Positions 25,686 to 40,820 of a stretch of DNA of 64,000 nucleotides are shown here, piece after piece (positions within the stretch are counted from its first letter, which is position 1; each line of letters begins with the position of its first letter). The translations under genes and the position numbers were made by a program. The stretch comes from Malacoraja senta. Lineage: Eukaryota. Under the pieces are notes generated by a model. That model searched no databases. It was not told the origin of the DNA and saw only the letters and a list, made by a program, of their open reading frames with translations. The stretch spans positions 9,612,001-9,676,000 of the forward strand of contig CM075991.1 in the NCBI GenBank assembly GCA_038087875.1. Reading direction: 5' to 3'.

Positions 25686-25865
25686 CTTGCTCCGTGCTTT
25701 GATCCTCTTGTAGACAAAATCCGGGAATGCCTTCTTGGGAATGAAGCGGCCGGAGCCTTCGGAAGCATGGATGATCCCGTCCTCCAGGACGATCTTCCCT
25801 TGGCTTATGACAACCAAGGGTCCTCCGCGGCATTCCATCCCCTCAAAAATGTTGTACTCCACAGC
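25686..25865 (-). CDS. DPYSL2: DPYSL2 exon 12, [60 protein letters not shown]
   Basis: 180 nt, AG/GT bounded. Confidence 0.95.
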
Positions 25866-26700
25866 CTGATCGGAGAAACGGGAACAAGAGACGAGATGAG
25901 GAAAAACCTTTTCCACCCAGAGAGTAGTGAATCTGTGAAATTCTTTGCCACAGAAGACAGTGGGGGCCAATTCACTGGATGTTTTCAAGAGAGGGTTAGA
26001 TTTAGCTCTTGGGGCTAACGGAATCAAGGGATATGGGGAAAAAGCAGGAATGGGGTACTGATTTTGGATGATCAGCCATGATCATATTGAATGGTGGTGT
26101 TGGCTTGAAGGGCCGAATGGCCTACTCATGCACCTATTTTCTATGTTTCTAACACCTTGGCAACACACTACATCAGTGCTGGGAAAACTGTTGCGTTCTC
26201 TTCCCACATTCCCCACTTCCCATCAAATTCCCGGTGGGATTCAGTTCCCAATGGGCAAATTTTCTTCTGGAAGTTGGCTCAACAGATCTCTCCACTACCT
26301 CAGTCCAAAGAATCTTTAATGCAAAGATAGACACAAAATGGAGGAGTAACTCAGCGGGACAGGCAGCATCTCCTGGAGAGAAGGAATGGGTGACGATTCA
26401 GGTCGAGACCCTCCTTCAGACTTATGTTTCGGGTTTCGACCCAAAACGTCACCAATTCTTCAGACGGAGAGTCGGGGGAGAGGGAGATTCTTTAAGGCAG
26501 CAGCATGGGTAGTTAGGCTGGTGAACAACACATACATGACATTAGCTCTCTTTAGCAGAGGCAGAGAGCAAAGAAGGTGTGGGAAGGAACTGCAGATGCT
26601 GGTTTAATCCGAAGATAGACAGAAAAAGCTGGAATAACTCAGCGGAACAGGCTGCATCTCTGGAAAGAAGGAATAGGTGACAAAAGTCTGAAACATCAGT

Positions 26701-26728
26701 CTGAAGAAGGGTCTCGACCTGAAACGTC
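26701..26728 (+). ncRNA. Minimal hammerhead core (Penelope-derived), antisense to DPYSL2
   Basis: CTGAAGAAGGGTCTCGACCTGAAACGTC. Confidence 0.45.
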
Positions 26729-27717
26729 ACCCATTCCTTCTCTCCAGAGATGCTGCCTGTCCCGCTGAGTTACTCCAGCATTTTGTGCTATCTTTAGAGA
26801 GCTAAGAAATTCTGGTGCAGCTTCACGACATCGTCGGGAGCGCGCAGGTCACAGGTTGGTGACCTATTTTTCTGGGGCTCCCGCAACTACAGCTGCGTCC
26901 GCTGGACTGGAGGGCGGCAGCTTCGGCAGCTTCGACCACCCCGGGCCGCGGAGTTTGAGCCGGCCCGTCGCGGAGCACGGATTCGGCCGCGGGACTGGCT
27001 TACCGTCGCCCGGCGGGGTCACAGCATCAGAAGCCTGGATCGCCTCAGCGCAGAGGGAGAACAAAGAGGGAAGAGACAGAGACTTTAAGACTTTTGCCTC
27101 CATCACAGTGAGGAGATGCCTGGTGAACTCACTGTGGTGGATGTTAATTTGTGTTTATTGTGTGTTTTGTCATTTATTATTATATGTATGACTGCAGGCA
27201 ACGAAATTTCGTTCAGACCGAAAGGTCTGAATGACAAATAAAGGAATCTCTAATCTCTAATCTCTAATAAAGCTTTATATAAAGTGGCATTTCAGATGCA
27301 TTTAGATAGGTACATGGATATAGAGGGAATGGAGGGATATGGATCATGTGCAGGCAGATGAGATTGGTTTGGCATCACATTAGGTACAGACATTGTGGGC
27401 CGAAGGGCCTGTTCCTGTGCTGCACTCTCCTATGTAGGAAGGAACTGCAGATAGACACAAAACGCTGGAGTAACTCAGCAGGGACAGAAGTCTGAAGCAG
27501 GGACTCGACCCAAAACATCACCCATTCTTTCTCTCCAGAGATGCTGCCTGTCCCGCTGAGTTACTCCAGCGTTTTGTGGCTGACTTCGGTTGAAATCAGC
27601 ATCTGCAGTTCCTTCTAAATCAAGGATCTACAGATGCTGGTTTCAACCAAAGATAGACACACACCAGCTGGAGTAACTCAGCTGGTCATGCAGCGTCTCT
27701 GGACAAAAGGAACAAGT

Positions 27718-27745
27718 GACGTTTCGGGTCGGGACCCTTCTTCAG
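27718..27745 (-). ncRNA. Minimal hammerhead core, sense to DPYSL2 intron 11
   Basis: CTGAAGAAGGGTCCCGACCCGAAACGTC on the - strand. Confidence 0.5.
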
Positions 27746-27806
27746 ACCGATAGTCAGGGGAGAGGGAAACTGGAGATGAGAGGAAACTATGACTAATCGG
27801 GGGCTA

Positions 27807-28070
<264 letters not shown>

Positions 28071-28107
28071 TTAAAACAACGGGAGACATCTCAGTGAGGG
28101 AACAAAA

Positions 28108-28471
28108 AGATTGTTAAGGGCTTGGACACGCTGGAGGCAGGAAACATGCTCCCGATGTTGGGGGAGTCCAGAACCAGGGGCCACAGTTTAAGAATAAGGG
28201 GTAAGCCATTAAGAACGGAGACGAGGAAACACTTTTTCTCACAGAGAGTGGTGAATCTGTGGAATTCTCTGCCTCAGAGGGCGGTGGAGGCAGGTTCTCT
28301 GGATGCTTTCAAGAGAGAGCTAGATAGGGCTCTTAAAAATAACGGAGTCAGGGGATATGGGGAGAAGGCAGGTACGGGGAATTGATTGGGGATGATCAGC
28401 CATGATCACATTGAATGGCGGTGCTGGCTCGAAGGGCCGAATGGCCTACTCCAGCACCTATTGTCGATTGT
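28108..28471 (+). mobile_element. CR1/HER1-type LINE 3' fragment
   Basis: RTRGHSLRIRGKPLRTETRKHFFSQRVVNLWNSLPQRAVEAGSLDAFKRELD; tail GGGCCGAATGGCCT. Confidence 0.8.
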
Positions 28472-30001
28472 CGTAGATTCAACCATTGGAAAGAAGAGCA
28501 AAGAGACAAGACAGTACACCACTTCCTCAGGTGTTGTTTGTGGTCTTTGAGATGCAAGTTTCACCAGGAACTCCAGGGCTGTTCATGTCACTATTCACTA
28601 CTTCCAAGTTTCAATTTTGTTGACTTCCCTTGATCTCTGGAATGGAGTACCTCACGATAATCAAATTAGTTTAATTTAGAGAGACAGCGCGGAAACAGGC
28701 CCTTCATCTCACGCCGGCCAACAACCACCCCGTACACTAGTTCCATCCTACACCCCGGGGACAATTTACAGAAGCCAATTAACCTGCACGTCTTTGGAAA
28801 TGTGGGAGGAACCCGGAGCACCCGGAAAAACCAAGATCACAGGGAGAATCAAGTCAAGTCAAGTCACTTTTATTTCTATAGCACATTTAAAAAACAACTC
28901 TCGTTGGCCAAAGTGCTTTACATTGGTGGAGGTACTAACGTTATACAACAGTGGTTCATAGATTAAATACATACATCACTACATACATATAGCCCTCGCC
29001 CAGAGGACGTCAAGAAAGGCTTGGGAGTAGAGATGAGTTTTAAGTCTTGAACTTAAAGGAGTCGATGGAGGGGGCAGTTCTGATGGGAAGAAGGATGCTG
29101 TTCCACAGTCTAGGAGCTGCAACCGCAATGTGCAAACTCCGTACAAACAGCACCCAGAGTCGGGATTGAAGCCGGGCCTCTGGCACCACAAGGCAGCAAC
29201 TCTACCGCTGCGCCACTGTGCCGCTCGAAAACTGCATTAGCAGGAAGCAAGAGGAAAAACATTGATACCCCCCCCACAGCATTCGATGATGAACATTGTA
29301 GGGACTGGTGTTAATTCACTTTGGCCATCCACATCCAAACATCAATGCACGATGGACCATTATTATGATATGATGGGAGGCGCATAAACATCAGGTGACC
29401 CCCACTGCCTGCTTACAGCGCCCGAGACCCAGGTTCCATCTTGTCTTCGGGTGCTGTCTGTACGGAGTTTGTACGTTCTCCCCGTGACCTGCGTGGGTTT
29501 TCTACGGGTTCTCCGGTTTCCTCCCACACTCCAAAGACGTACTTGGTAAATGGCTTGGTATAATTATAAACTGTCTCTAGAGTGTGTAGGGTAGTGTTAG
29601 TGTATGGGGATCGGTGGGTGCGCCGGCCTAGGTAGGCCCGAAGAGCCTGTTTCCGTGCTGTATCTCTAAAACGAAACGAAACTGCCTGCCACTGTGGGCA
29701 AATTCCTTCACAATGCATCAGCCTTGGCACTGTCTTCCAAAACCCAGTCCCTTGCACTGTAGGGATGTTTGAAAAGAAAAATCTCACCCTTGATGACCAT
29801 GTAGGGTCAGCCTCCAACATCCCGACTTGTTTCACAGAAATGGTACAAATCTGTCGACTCATTCAAGCATCCATCAGACGCCAGCAATTCCTTCAGTCGT
29901 TCCCGCAACCCGGCCCTCCAATGCATAGGGTCACCCTCAAGACACAGCCCCACCCTCTCTGCAGCTTCTCCACAGGTTCTGCCACACGTTCAGGTACTCA
30001 C

Positions 30002-30143
30002 CACCGCCTTGTCCCACACGATGGACATCCTCTCCTCCACGCCGTTAGTGCCCTCTGGGATCATGGTGAAGTCGTCCTTCCCCACCGCCTTTTGGGAGGT
30101 GTTGAAGGTGCAGTGCGCGCTGCCGGTCACCTGCAGATCGCCG
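30002..30143 (-). CDS. DPYSL2: DPYSL2 exon 10, [48 protein letters not shown]
   Basis: 142 nt, donor GTGAGT. Confidence 0.95.
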
Positions 30144-31216
30144 CTGGAGAGAAGAGGGACAAGACTCAACAGGAGGCCTTCGGGCACTCTGACAGTCAGT
30201 TGACAACTACACCATGAAGACCAAGAGTCTTAGGGCCAGGCCCAGTGTTCCTTCCACCTGGTCCGCCAATAGAACATCATGACTGATTCTACACCTTGTC
30301 CACTTGGACAGCCAATGGCTCTGTATTGTCCTGAGGGGCAGCTCGGTAGCGCAGCAGGTAGAGTTGCTGCCGTACAGCGCCAGAGACCCAGGTTCGATCC
30401 AGTCTACAGGTGCCTATCTGTACATTCTCCACGTGACCTGCGTGAGTTTTCTCCAGGAAGCTCCGGTTTCCTCCCACACTCCAAAGACGTCGGCTAATTG
30501 GCTTGGTATAAATGTAAATTGTCCCTAGTGTGTGTAGGATAGTGTTGATGCGCGGAGATCCCTGGTTTATCCAAACCCGATTTATCCAACTTAACATTCC
30601 ATACAGTGGCATTTGAATGTACCACATCAAGATCATCTTTGCACTAACCTCTTGACAGATTCATTCTACCACCATACCTCAATTGTTAATGTAACTATTG
30701 TAGTTATTTTAATAGTGACAAGAGGGAAAAGGGTCCAATGCTTAACACTGTCCACTGCCACCCTCCCACCCCACCAGACACCCGAATTGCACAAAGGATA
30801 AAAAGTGCTGGAGTAAGGGGTTAGGTGGCATCTCTGGAGAACATCCATGTTCTCCAGAGATGCTGCTTGTCCCACGGAGTTACTCCAGCACTTTGTCCTT
30901 TTATATAAACCAGCTTCTGCAGTTCCTTGTTTCTAACTCAATGGTGGACTTTGTTTCAAACGGTTTAACCGGTTCAGTTTAGAAATACAGCGTGGAAACA
31001 GGCCAGTCGGCCCACAGAGTCCACACTGACCAACGATCACACCTGCATAGTTCTATCCTATACAACAAGAACAATTTGCAGAAGCCAATTAACCTGGAAA
31101 TCTGCACATCTTTGGAGTGTGGGAGGAAACTGGAGCACACAGAGTCACAGGGAGAACGTACCAACTCCTTACAGACAGCACCAGAGGTCAGGATCGAACC
31201 TGGGTGTCCAGCGTTA

Positions 31217-31477
<261 letters not shown>

Positions 31478-31950
31478 TTATATCAAGACTTTGTATCATT
31501 GAGCACAAAAAATCTCAAACCACGTGGACCATTTTTAAACCCAGCGCTAGGTCCATAACTTTTAACTTTTAATACTCATCTGGATACTGCCTGCGTGGGC
31601 AAGTTGGGTCGAATGGCCCACTTCCACGCTGTATGACTTACGATGTGCACTGCCGGCTGCATTTCCTCCATGACACTGAAGACAGACAAAATGCTGGAGT
31701 AACTCAGCAGGACATCTGGAGAGAAGGAATCTGACGTTTCGGGTCGAAAAGGGTCTCGACCTGAAAGGTTACCTATTCCTTTCCTCCAGAGATGCTGCCT
31801 GACCCGCTGAGTAACTCCAGCATTTTGTGTCTATCTTTGGTGTAAACCAGCACCTGCAATTCCTTCCTACACACTGAAAACAGTGCTCCTTTGACTGTGA
31901 AGTACTTTGCAGCCTCTGAAGGGAACAAAGAGTGCAGTGCAAGTGCATAA

Positions 31951-32257
31951 AGGCCCTGTCCCACTGTATGAGGTAATTCAAGAGCTCTACCGAGTTAAAA
32001 AAAAATCAAACTCGTGGTAATTACGTAGAATGTACGTAGCGGCTACGTCGGAGCTCATGGATGTCTCGTAGCGGCTCATAATGCTAACGGCAGGTACTTG
32101 GGAAACGCGGTAACTCGTGAATTTTTTTCAGCCCTGTTAAAAATGTCCACAAGAGCCCCCGAGTACCTACGAACGGCTATTACCGTAATTCTCCGAGTTC
32201 GAATCAGGAGAAACTCGGGAGAACTCTGGAATTACCTCGTACAGTGGGACAGGCCCA
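31951..32257. mobile_element. Harbinger-like MITE in intron 8
   Basis: TIR AGGCCCTGTCCCACTGTA..TACAGTGGGACAGGCCC, TAA on both sides. Confidence 0.7.
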
Positions 32258-32950
32258 TAATCTAGGACATGAGAGTCATAGAGCATGGAAGCAGGCCCTT
32301 CGGCCCAATTTGCCCATGATGCCCCATCTACACTAGACCAATCTGCCAGCATTTGGCCCATATCCCTCTAAACCTTTCCTGTCCAAATGTCTTTAAAATG
32401 TTATTTTAGTATCTGCCCCAACTACCTCCTGTGGCAGCTCATCCCATGTGCCCACCACCCTGCGTGTGAAAAAGTTGCCCCTCAGATTCCCATTCCATCT
32501 TTCCCCTCCCACCTTAAACCTATATCCTTGGGTTCTGGCATCACCTACATTAGGTAACAGACTCTGTGCATCTACACCAGGGTCGATAGACACAAAAAGC
32601 TGGAGTAACTCAACAGGTCAGACAGCATCTCTGGAAAAAAAGGAATAGGTGACGTTTCGGGTCGAGACCCTTCTCCGCGATCCAAAACATCACATATTCC
32701 TTTTCTCCAGAGATGCTGTCTGACCCGCTGAGTTACTCCAGCTTTTTGTGTCTAACTTTGGTTTAAACCAGCATCTACACACTATTTATTCCCCTCATGG
32801 TCTTATACACCTCCATAAGATCATCCCTCAGCCTCCTGCATGCCAAGGAATAAAGTCCTAGTCTGCCCTATCTCTCCCTATAGCACACAGGCCCTCATGA
32901 TGGGATTCGAACATCAGGTCTGGATTCAATCCACCAGCACAACCACACAC

Positions 32951-33071
32951 CTTTCTTCCTGGCCTGAGCGATGATATCAGCTGCAGCCTTGCTCATCACC
33001 TTGGTCACATAGAGCGGGCAGTTGGTTTGGTTCGCTATAGTGATGGCCCGGTTCACCGCTTCCGCCTCGAC
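32951..33071 (-). CDS. DPYSL2: DPYSL2 exon 8, [40 protein letters not shown]
   Basis: 121 nt, AG/GT bounded. Confidence 0.95.
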
Positions 33072-33189
33072 CTGCGGTGAGACGGAGAAAACTAATGACA
33101 AAGAGGACCACTCGGCCCATCGTTAAACTGGAGCCCCCCCCCCGCCAACCCAACTGCACCGAATGAGGATCAAGTAGATGCAGCTGGAG

Positions 33190-33496
33190 TGGTACGGTGG
33201 GTGACGCAGCGGTAGAGTTGCTGCCTTACAGCGCCAGAGACCCGGGTTCTATCCTGATCACGGGTGCCGTGTGTACAGAGTTTGTACTTTTCCCCCGTGA
33301 CCACGTGGGTTTTCCCCAGGTACTCCGGTTTCCTCCCACAATACAAAAACGTACAGGTTTGCACATTAATTGGCTTCAGTAAAGATTGTAAATTTTCCCC
33401 AGTGTGTAGGATAGTGCTGGTGTATGGGGTGGTCAACTCGGACTCGATGGGCCGAAGGGCCTGTTTCTGCGCTGTATCTCTAAACAAAACTAAACT
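33190..33496 (+). mobile_element. HE1-like V-SINE
   Basis: Full head, V-domain and tail organisation. Confidence 0.8.
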
Positions 33497-34063
33497 CTAG
33501 TGACCCGGGTTCGATCTTGACCGCTGATACCTGCTGTGCATTCATGTTCTCTCTCAGAGGTAGATAAACCGGCTACTATGATTTGTCCCTAGTGTGTGGG
33601 CGTGGGTAGAATTTGGATGGAGCTATGGGGATTAAATAAGGTTAATGTTGGATTATTGGAAATGGATCCTTGATTGTTGGTGGGAATTAGTGAAAGAGCC
33701 TGCTTTCATGCTGCATTGCTCAATGGTGTAGAAGACTTGATGGGCCGAATGGCCTAATTGTACACCTGGAGCCATTTATAATAGAACGCTGGTCTTTCTT
33801 ACTAAAGATACAGGTTGGAAAATGTTGATGCAGCTATACAGGACACTAATAAAACCACTTTGAACAGTTCCAGTCCCAGATTTATAAAGAAAGGATATCC
33901 TTAGATTGGAGGTAATACACAAAAGGGGTATTTGGTTTAGTCCTGGGATCCAGCTCGTGTAACCATGGCCAGCAGGTTGGCATGGATGTGTTGGGCTGCA
34001 TGACCTGCTTCGTGCTGTGACTCAGTGAATTGTGCCGTTTGATCACCAGCGTCACAAAACCTA

Positions 34064-34584
<521 letters not shown>

Positions 34585-36167
34585 CGCAATAACAAGAAAT
34601 AGTCCAACACGTTGGAGCGTGGTGCCAAGGACGTTAGTCAGAACTGGGCACACTTCTTGTTCCAGACCAGTTACAACTTTGGCTGAAACCCGACACTAGA
34701 AAAGCACTGGCAGGAAAAAGAGAAATCCAAGCTTGCAAACCTCTACCTAAAATCAGTCTACTTTCGATCCTCAGCACATGAATGGAAGCTGCCAAGAACA
34801 ATGCGACTGAACGACATTATTCACCAACAACCGGCTCACTGATACTCCTTCAGAGGTTTGCCAGAGATTTTTGATCAACTGAAATCTTGCACACCCTCCA
34901 ATTCCTTATTACCAATCACAATAGGTTCTTTAAAAAAAACCCCATCAATATCTAATAAAAATACAACATGCTATTCAATCCTCTATTTGCATTTAATCTA
35001 GAAGATAATTACCAAGGACCATATGCTATACAGTTGCATCTAGCTGTAACGTCAAAGGATGACTCTCAAGAACCTTGTGCTGTATGGCTGTATGGTGACA
35101 AAACATTTCACTGTACCAATTGGTACATGTGACAAATAAATGTATCTTGTATCTTGTTGTGTGGTTATAGATAGCTGTACATCAAAGGATGGCTCTCAAG
35201 AACCATGTGCTGTACATCAAAGGAAGTCCAAAGATCCTTGTGTTGAACAGCTATCTTAACCGTTGTCATTCTGGACTTCCCACTTGGCCTAAACAGCTTC
35301 AGTTGCTTCAGCAATGACCTTCCTTCCATTACAAGACACATTTTTTGCTGATGAACTGCGCAATGTTCAGGTCAATTTACAACTCCTCAGCAATTAAGCA
35401 GTCTGTGTTAGCAAGACAACCTTCAGGCATGGGCTGTGAAGTAGCGAGGTGCCAGGGAAAGACCATGTCCTGCAAGACAACTAGCGTTCAACCATCTGTC
35501 CTTGGCTTGCAGCACATCAGTTGGAGCTGCTGCTGACAGCGGTAGAGTTGCTGCCTTACAGCGCCAGAGACCCGGGTTCGATCGTGGCTACGGGTACTTG
35601 TCTGTACCGAGTTTGTACGTTCTCCCCGTGGGTTTTCTCTGGGAATTTGGGGTTTCCTCCCACACTCCAAAGACGTGCAGGTTTGTTGGTTAATTGGCTT
35701 TGGTAAGAATTGTAAATTGTCCCTAGTGTGTAGGATGGTGCTAGTGTACGGGGATCGCTGGTCGGCGCGGACTCGGTGGGCTCAAGGGCCTGTTTCCGCG
35801 CTGTATCTCTAAACTAAATGAAAAGCTAAGTTAAAGCCAGTTTATGGATCAGTTCGAGCTGTGAATTCAGATCCATTTGGGGATTGGAGGCGCAAGTGAA
35901 TGGAGTTGCAGATCAGGGGGAATCCAAACCAGAAACGGAATGATCTAGTCTTAATCCTCTAGTTCCGTGAACATCTCACACTACCTTACCAACCATTCTG
36001 ATGGGACGGAGGAAACCTGCACTCAAGTTAACACAAGTCCATTGCCATCTGCTTAATCCAGTCAACGATAAAGTGGCGCCTTTATGCAAGATGCCAGCTT
36101 CTCGCTTCCACCGCAACTGTGTTCAGATACGGGCGCGCGCACGCATCTTCCTTCCCCAACCGTGTAC

Positions 36168-36248
36168 CTCAGCAATAATGTCACCATTCTCGGCGTGAAC
36201 CTGAGCGATGGCCCCCAAGTCGCGGATCGCACTCAGGGCTTCGTACAT
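36168..36248 (-). CDS. DPYSL2: DPYSL2 exon 6, [27 protein letters not shown]
   Basis: 81 nt, follows a 99-nt intron, AG/GT bounded. Confidence 0.95.
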
Positions 36249-36347
36249 CTGCGAGCAAAAGGAGGGATAGATTAATGTACGTCGTTCAACCAACATTGGA
36301 AGGTGACGGCAATGTCGTTCAGAATATCCGCTACGTTGCCAGCCTAC

Positions 36348-36409
36348 CTGGGCATCAGAGAGCTGGTAGCGTTCCTTGTAAGCCATGTAGATGAGGAAGG
36401 AGTTCACAC
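36348..36409 (-). CDS. DPYSL2: DPYSL2 exon 5, [21 protein letters not shown]
   Basis: 62 nt, AG/GT bounded, phase consistent. Confidence 0.95.
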
Positions 36410-36881
36410 CTAGAGAGGAGTGGGAAAGTAGGAGTATATTTTATTGATGGCTCCGTGTTAAAACAGGAACATTGCATGACTAACTTGGGAAAATCACTCG
36501 GGAAAGTCAGGGTTTCGGCCCGAAACGTTGCCTATTTCCTTCGCTCCATAGATGCTGCTGCACCTGCTGAGTTTCTCCAGCATTTTTGTGTACTTGGGAA
36601 AGTCAAGTCTTTTGACCTTTGAAAGAGGAACCCTTAAAAACACTATATACACACACACACACACACAATGTGAATCATGAGAGTTTGCTCTATTTAAGTG
36701 GGAGTATTGATTCACCAAATTCACAGAGTATTGATCCCGATCCGAAACGTCACCCATTCCTTTACTCCAGAGATGCTGCCTGGCCCGCTGAATTACTCCA
36801 ACATTTTGTGTCTCTCTTCAATAAAACACAGACCCATTTCCAAATCAAACTCACAGGGACAGTTTGTCAACTCTTCCATAC

Positions 36882-36923
36882 GAATGAATGAATAAATGAA
36901 TGAATGAATGAATGAATGAATGA
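36882..36923. repeat. (GAAT)n microsatellite, probably a retroelement tail
   Basis: Direct reading. Confidence 0.85.
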
Positions 36924-38584
36924 AAGATACTTTATTGTTACATGTGACAAGTCACAGTGATATTCTTTGCTTTGATCTGGCAGCTGATCAGCTTTGCCTG
37001 TGCGATTGCATCGTTCCTCCCCCCGCCCCCGGATGGTTAGAAAGACAGGTTCCACTTCCAGTGACTCTGGCTCAATGCTACACCGCGGGAGCTGCCAGAC
37101 AAGATACGTTTACTCAGGCGGATGCAAAAGATCCCTCAGCCCAAGACCACGGCAGTCGTCCCTGGGCTCCCGGCCAATATTCATTCCTCAATCAATCAGC
37201 ACATTACGTGTCACTATCTTGCAGCTTGTTTTAGTGGGAGCTTGCAGAGTGCGTATTAGCTACTGCAGTGTCTCGCTGCATTGCTGCTTCACCAGCTGTA
37301 ATGCATGTTGCAGTGCCCCAAGCGGCAGCATAGTGGTAGGGATTCTCGTTGTTCGGACTTTGCTGGCTTTATCTTGCACCAAACGTTATTCCCTTATCGT
37401 GTATCTACACACTGTAAATATCGCGATTGTAATCGTGCATGGTCTTTCCGCTGACTGGATCGCACGCAACAAAAGCTTCTCGCTGTACCTTGGCACGCGT
37501 GGCAATAAACTAAACTGGGAGCTGCTGCCTTACAGCACCAGAGACCCGGGTTTGATCCTGACTACGGGTGCTGCCTGCAAGGAGTTTGTACGTTCTCCCC
37601 GTGACCTGCGAGGGTTTTCTCCGGGTGCTCCGGTTTCCTCCCACCCTCCAAAGACGTACAGGTTTGCAGGCTAAGTGGCTTGGGTATAATTGTAAATTGT
37701 CCCTTGTGTGTGTGTGTGGGATGGCGTTATTATGTGGGGATCGCTGGTTGGTGCAGACACGATGGGCCGAAGGGCCTGTTTCCAAGCTAGATATAAATCT
37801 CCTTCCGTCTCAAACTCCACCAAAACTCAGACAAAGGATCTTCAACCCGGAATGTGAACTCTTTCCAAAGATGCTGCCTGATCTGCTGGGATTCTCCAGC
37901 ATCCTCTGCTTTAATTCAAGAGTGATTTTTGTCACACGTGCAACTGCAGGGTGAAATTCTGTTTGCATATTTACAGGTGCGGGCACCGCCAATCTTCGGC
38001 GCCACCAACTACGTGTTCATACTTGACATCAAAGCCTGGCTCAGCGAGGAGCTGGGTGAACATGGAGTGCATCACGCCACAGCCCATTCTTCACTCGACG
38101 GCCCAATATCTCTCACACTGACCTACGAATCCCACAAAACTATTCATATGGGTAATCCATAGTCTTACAGCAGGGGGCTAGACTGCGACTTCGATGAGAG
38201 TAATAACATTTGGCTTTGCTACATATAGAGCCGTGGTGATACTCATAGTCATAGATTGTGGAAACAGGCCCTTCAGCCCAACTCGCCCACACCGGCCAAC
38301 ATGTCCCATCTACACTAGCCCCACCTGTCTGCATTTGGCCCGTTTCCCTCTAAACCTGTCCTATCCATGTACCCAAACGTTGCAAAAGCCTCCAAATGTT
38401 CCTTAAACGTTGCAATACCATCTAACTGTTTCGGAAACGTTGCGATAGTTTTGTCTCCCGTCTATTACAGAGCCTCCACATTTTACAAGCAGGACGAGCT
38501 ATTTCAGTGCAGATGCTCTCTGCACAGATGGTGCCACAGGCCACGGTCGCTTCGCGCTGACATGCATGCGAGACCATTTCTCAC

Positions 38585-38749
38585 CGTGCTCTTTCACCAG
38601 GAAGTCCATCTCCTCCTGCAGCCCCTTGTACCACTCCGTGATGTCAACGTGCAGCGTGTAGTCACAGCAGGACTTGCTGTCCGCCCACTCTCTCCACTGT
38701 TCGAAGGCCGTGATCAGACTGACCCCAGGCTCCACCAGCACGTGGTCAA
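38585..38749 (-). CDS. DPYSL2: DPYSL2 exon 4, [55 protein letters not shown]
   Basis: 165 nt, AG/GT bounded. [13 protein letters not shown] and KG.QEEM..LVK.HG fit DPYSL2 better than CRMP1, DPYSL3 or DPYSL4. Confidence 0.95.
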
Positions 38750-38807
38750 CTGAAACAAACAACGTACACGTTATCTGTACACATGTACAGTTGCAGTAGT
38801 GTGGTGT

Positions 38808-39088
38808 GGGCGGTGGCGCAGCGGTAGAGTTGTTGCCTTACAGCGCCAGAGACGACCCCGAGTACGGAGTTTGTACGTTCTCCCCGTGACCGCGTGGGTT
38901 TTCTCCGAGATCGTCAGTTTCCTCCCACACTCCAAAGATGTACAGGTATGTAGGTTAATTGGCTTGGTGTATGTGTAAATTGTCCTCAGTGTGTGTAGGA
39001 GAGTGTTAATGTGTGGGGATGGCAGGTCGGTGCGGACTCGATGGGCCGAAGGGCCTGTTTCCACGCTGTATCTCAAAACTAAACTAAG
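38808..39088 (+). mobile_element. HE1-like V-SINE
   Basis: Head, V-domain and tail; inverted partner at about 39245-39550. Confidence 0.75.
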
Positions 39089-40529
39089 GTACTGGACTGG
39101 CAGCCAAAGCTGATCCAATGACGCGATTTCAAACCCCACCACAGCACCAATCAAATTTCAATTTAAGTATTTATATCAATTATATAATTTTGAATAACAA
39201 TACCAACATTTTCCAAATGGTTGTGACAATGTTCACCCGTCTTTCAGTTTAGTTTAGTTTAGTGATACAGCGCCGAAACAGGCCCTGCGGCCTACCGAGT
39301 CTGCGCCAGCCAGCAATCCCGGTACACTGGCACTATCCTACACACGCCAAGGACAACTTACAATTTTTACTGAGGTCAATTAACCTACAAACCTGTACGT
39401 CTTTGGAGTGTGGGAGGAGACCGGACCTCCCGGAGAAAACCCACGTGGTCACGGGGAGAAGGTGCAAACTCTGTGCAGACAGCACCTGCCATCAGGATCG
39501 AACCCGGGTCTCCGGCGCTATAAGGAAGCAACTCTACCGCTGTGCCACCCTCATGGAGAAGGAAATCTGCTCGCCTTACTCGGTTTGGCTGAAATGTAAC
39601 TGCAGATTCACTATTACAGGTGTACAGTTCAGAAACAGGCCCTTTGGCCCAATTGATCAACATCAACGATGCTGCCCATCCAAGCTGGTCCTACTTGTCT
39701 GCATAGTCCTTATCCCTCCATAGAAGCTGGCCAGACAAACAGGATACTGCTGGCTGAAGCGGTTTGATCATTGATTGCACACCACCATTCAGACAACTGG
39801 AACGGTAGACTGTCAGAACGTCTTTCCCCTGGGTGGAAGTCAAAGATTGGATGGCTTAGCTTTAAGGTAAGAGGGGGAAAGTTTAAAAGGAGATGTGCAG
39901 GCATTTTTTTTTTTTTTTTTAAATAAATACAAACTATAAAGAGCATAATTTTTTATACAGAGTTCCAGGTACCTCAAACACAATGCTAAGGGTGGTGGTG
40001 GAAGCAAATATCTGAAGGTCAAATAAGGTTGTTATAGCAAGGGATTTTAACCTGCTTAGGACAGGACAGGTTTGGAGGGATATGGACCAAATGCCGGCAG
40101 GTGGGACTAGTGTAGCTGGGACATGTTGGCCGGTGTGGGCAAGTTGGGCCGAAGGACCAGTTTCCATGCTGTATCACTCTCTGACTCAATATCATTGTGG
40201 TGTTTCAGATAGGCATGTGGATATACAGGGAATGGAGGGATATGGATTACGTGCAGGCAGAAGGGATTAGCTTAATTTGACATCATGTTCAACATAGATA
40301 TCGTGGGGCCAAGGTCGTCTTCCTGTGCTTACTGTTCTACATTCTACGAAACAGTTCAATTGATATCTGGAACAGGTTCAGTTAATTGAGTGAATTTGGA
40401 ATGAAAAGATAGTTACTCCTGATGGTGACAGATTGGAGAATCAGATGGGTTTTTTGGAACAACGTTCTCTCGGGAAAGGAAGCCTGCCAACCTTCCACAA
40501 CTCTTCTCAACGTGATGGCAGTCCTGGAG

Positions 40530-40820
40530 GGCCAGCACGGTGGCGCAGCGGTAGAGCTGCTGCCTTACAGTGCCAGAGACCCGGGTTCGATCCTGACTGC
40601 GGGTGCTGCCTGCACGGAGTTTGTACGTTCTCCCCGTGACCTGCCTGGGTTTCCTCCCGCACTCCGAAGACGTGCAGGGTTTGAAGGATAATTGGCTTTG
40701 GTAAAATTGAAAATTGTCCCTTGTGTGTAGGATAGTGTTAGCGTACGAGGTGATCGGTGGTCAGTGGGGACTCAGTGGGCCAAAGGGCCTAACTCCGTGC
40801 TGTAACTCTGAAGTCTAAAG
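40530..40820 (+). mobile_element. HE1-like V-SINE
   Basis: Head with A and B boxes, V-domain, tail. Confidence 0.75.

Noticed and set aside
25407..26027. 206-aa ORF read as a CR1-CRMP-Penelope fusion protein
   Set aside because: Chance read-through across exon 12, which has canonical splice sites on both sides
36994..37674. 226-aa ORF on the + strand in intron 4
   Set aside because: Runs through LINE tail and V-SINE sequence; no protein family signal
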